From assembly GCF_000010625.1 (NCBI RefSeq), contig NC_010296.1, positions 1,440,001 through 1,472,000 of the forward strand: 32,000 nucleotides of DNA, in the 5' to 3' direction. A program made the translations under genes and the position numbers. The notes beneath the pieces were generated by a model. It was given only the letters and a program-made list of their open reading frames with translations. It was not told where the DNA came from and made no database searches. Of this stretch, positions 31,762 through 32,000 are shown piece after piece. Each line of letters opens with the position of its first letter. The stretch's first letter is position 1. The DNA is from Microcystis aeruginosa NIES-843 (GTDB lineage Bacteria; Cyanobacteriota; Cyanobacteriia; Cyanobacteriales; Microcystaceae).

Positions 31762-32000
31762 TACAGGCTTCTGGTTGGCCCTCGCCAATGAGCAAGATAA
31801 TCATCATCAACAAGCACAGCTTGTAATTCAAAGATTGCGAGAACCCCTAATAACAACCTGGTGTGTTGTCACCGAAACTTGTTACCTTTTGCTAACTCGT
31901 ATCGGTAATCATGCTCAACTGCTATTTATCCAAAATTTCTTAGCAGGTGGTTTTGAAGTATTTGAATTACAATCAAATCATGTTAGACGAATGCAACAAC
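31748..32000 (+). CDS. vapC: PIN-domain toxin (VapC-like), 3' end cut by window edge
   Basis: MIIVDTGFWLALANEQDNHHQQA..ITTWCVVTETCYLL has the PIN acidic residues in their expected context. The frame is open to the window end. Confidence 0.75.
   Translation, partial: MIIVDTGFWLALANEQDNHHQQAQLVIQRLREPLITTWCVVTETCYLLLTRIGNHAQLLFIQNFLAGGFEVFELQSNHVRRMQQ

Overview
A 32-kb cyanobacterial chromosomal segment. Gene set and repeat families look Microcystis-like, but that assignment is inference. Core genes are an aldo/keto reductase, recA, a CRR6-like factor, ispH, chlL, an internally duplicated DUF5331-like ORF, chlN, and a PNP/UDP-family nucleoside phosphorylase. Accessory material is interleaved with them: (i) a 5'-cut, frameshifted IS605-family tnpB with its right-end hairpin; (ii) an xisH-xisI pair enclosed by long inverted repeats built from a 37-bp G/C-run satellite, with an ISAs1-family IS (8-bp TSD) nested in one arm; (iii) a four-gene module with no signal peptide, made of a CHAP + PG-binding + SLT-like hydrolase and three paralogous small membrane proteins, facing an M15/LAS-like peptidase; (iv) a bile-acid:Na+ symporter-family gene split by a TA-flanked miniature element; (v) an AT-rich AbiL-like ATPase + RloB/Toprim pair inserted after chlN; (vi) a 1272-aa TPR-like/CHAT (caspase-like) protein. 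The promoter/leader/N-terminal ~95 codons of the CHAT gene recur at least four more times in the next 3 kb. These copies are joined to hicBA cassettes, once as an in-frame N-module::HicB fusion, next to higBA and vapBC pairs. I found no rRNA, tRNA or CRISPR array. The most unusual signals are the recombining 5' module of the CHAT/TA locus, the orphan lysis-like module, and the IR-bounded xisHI cassette.
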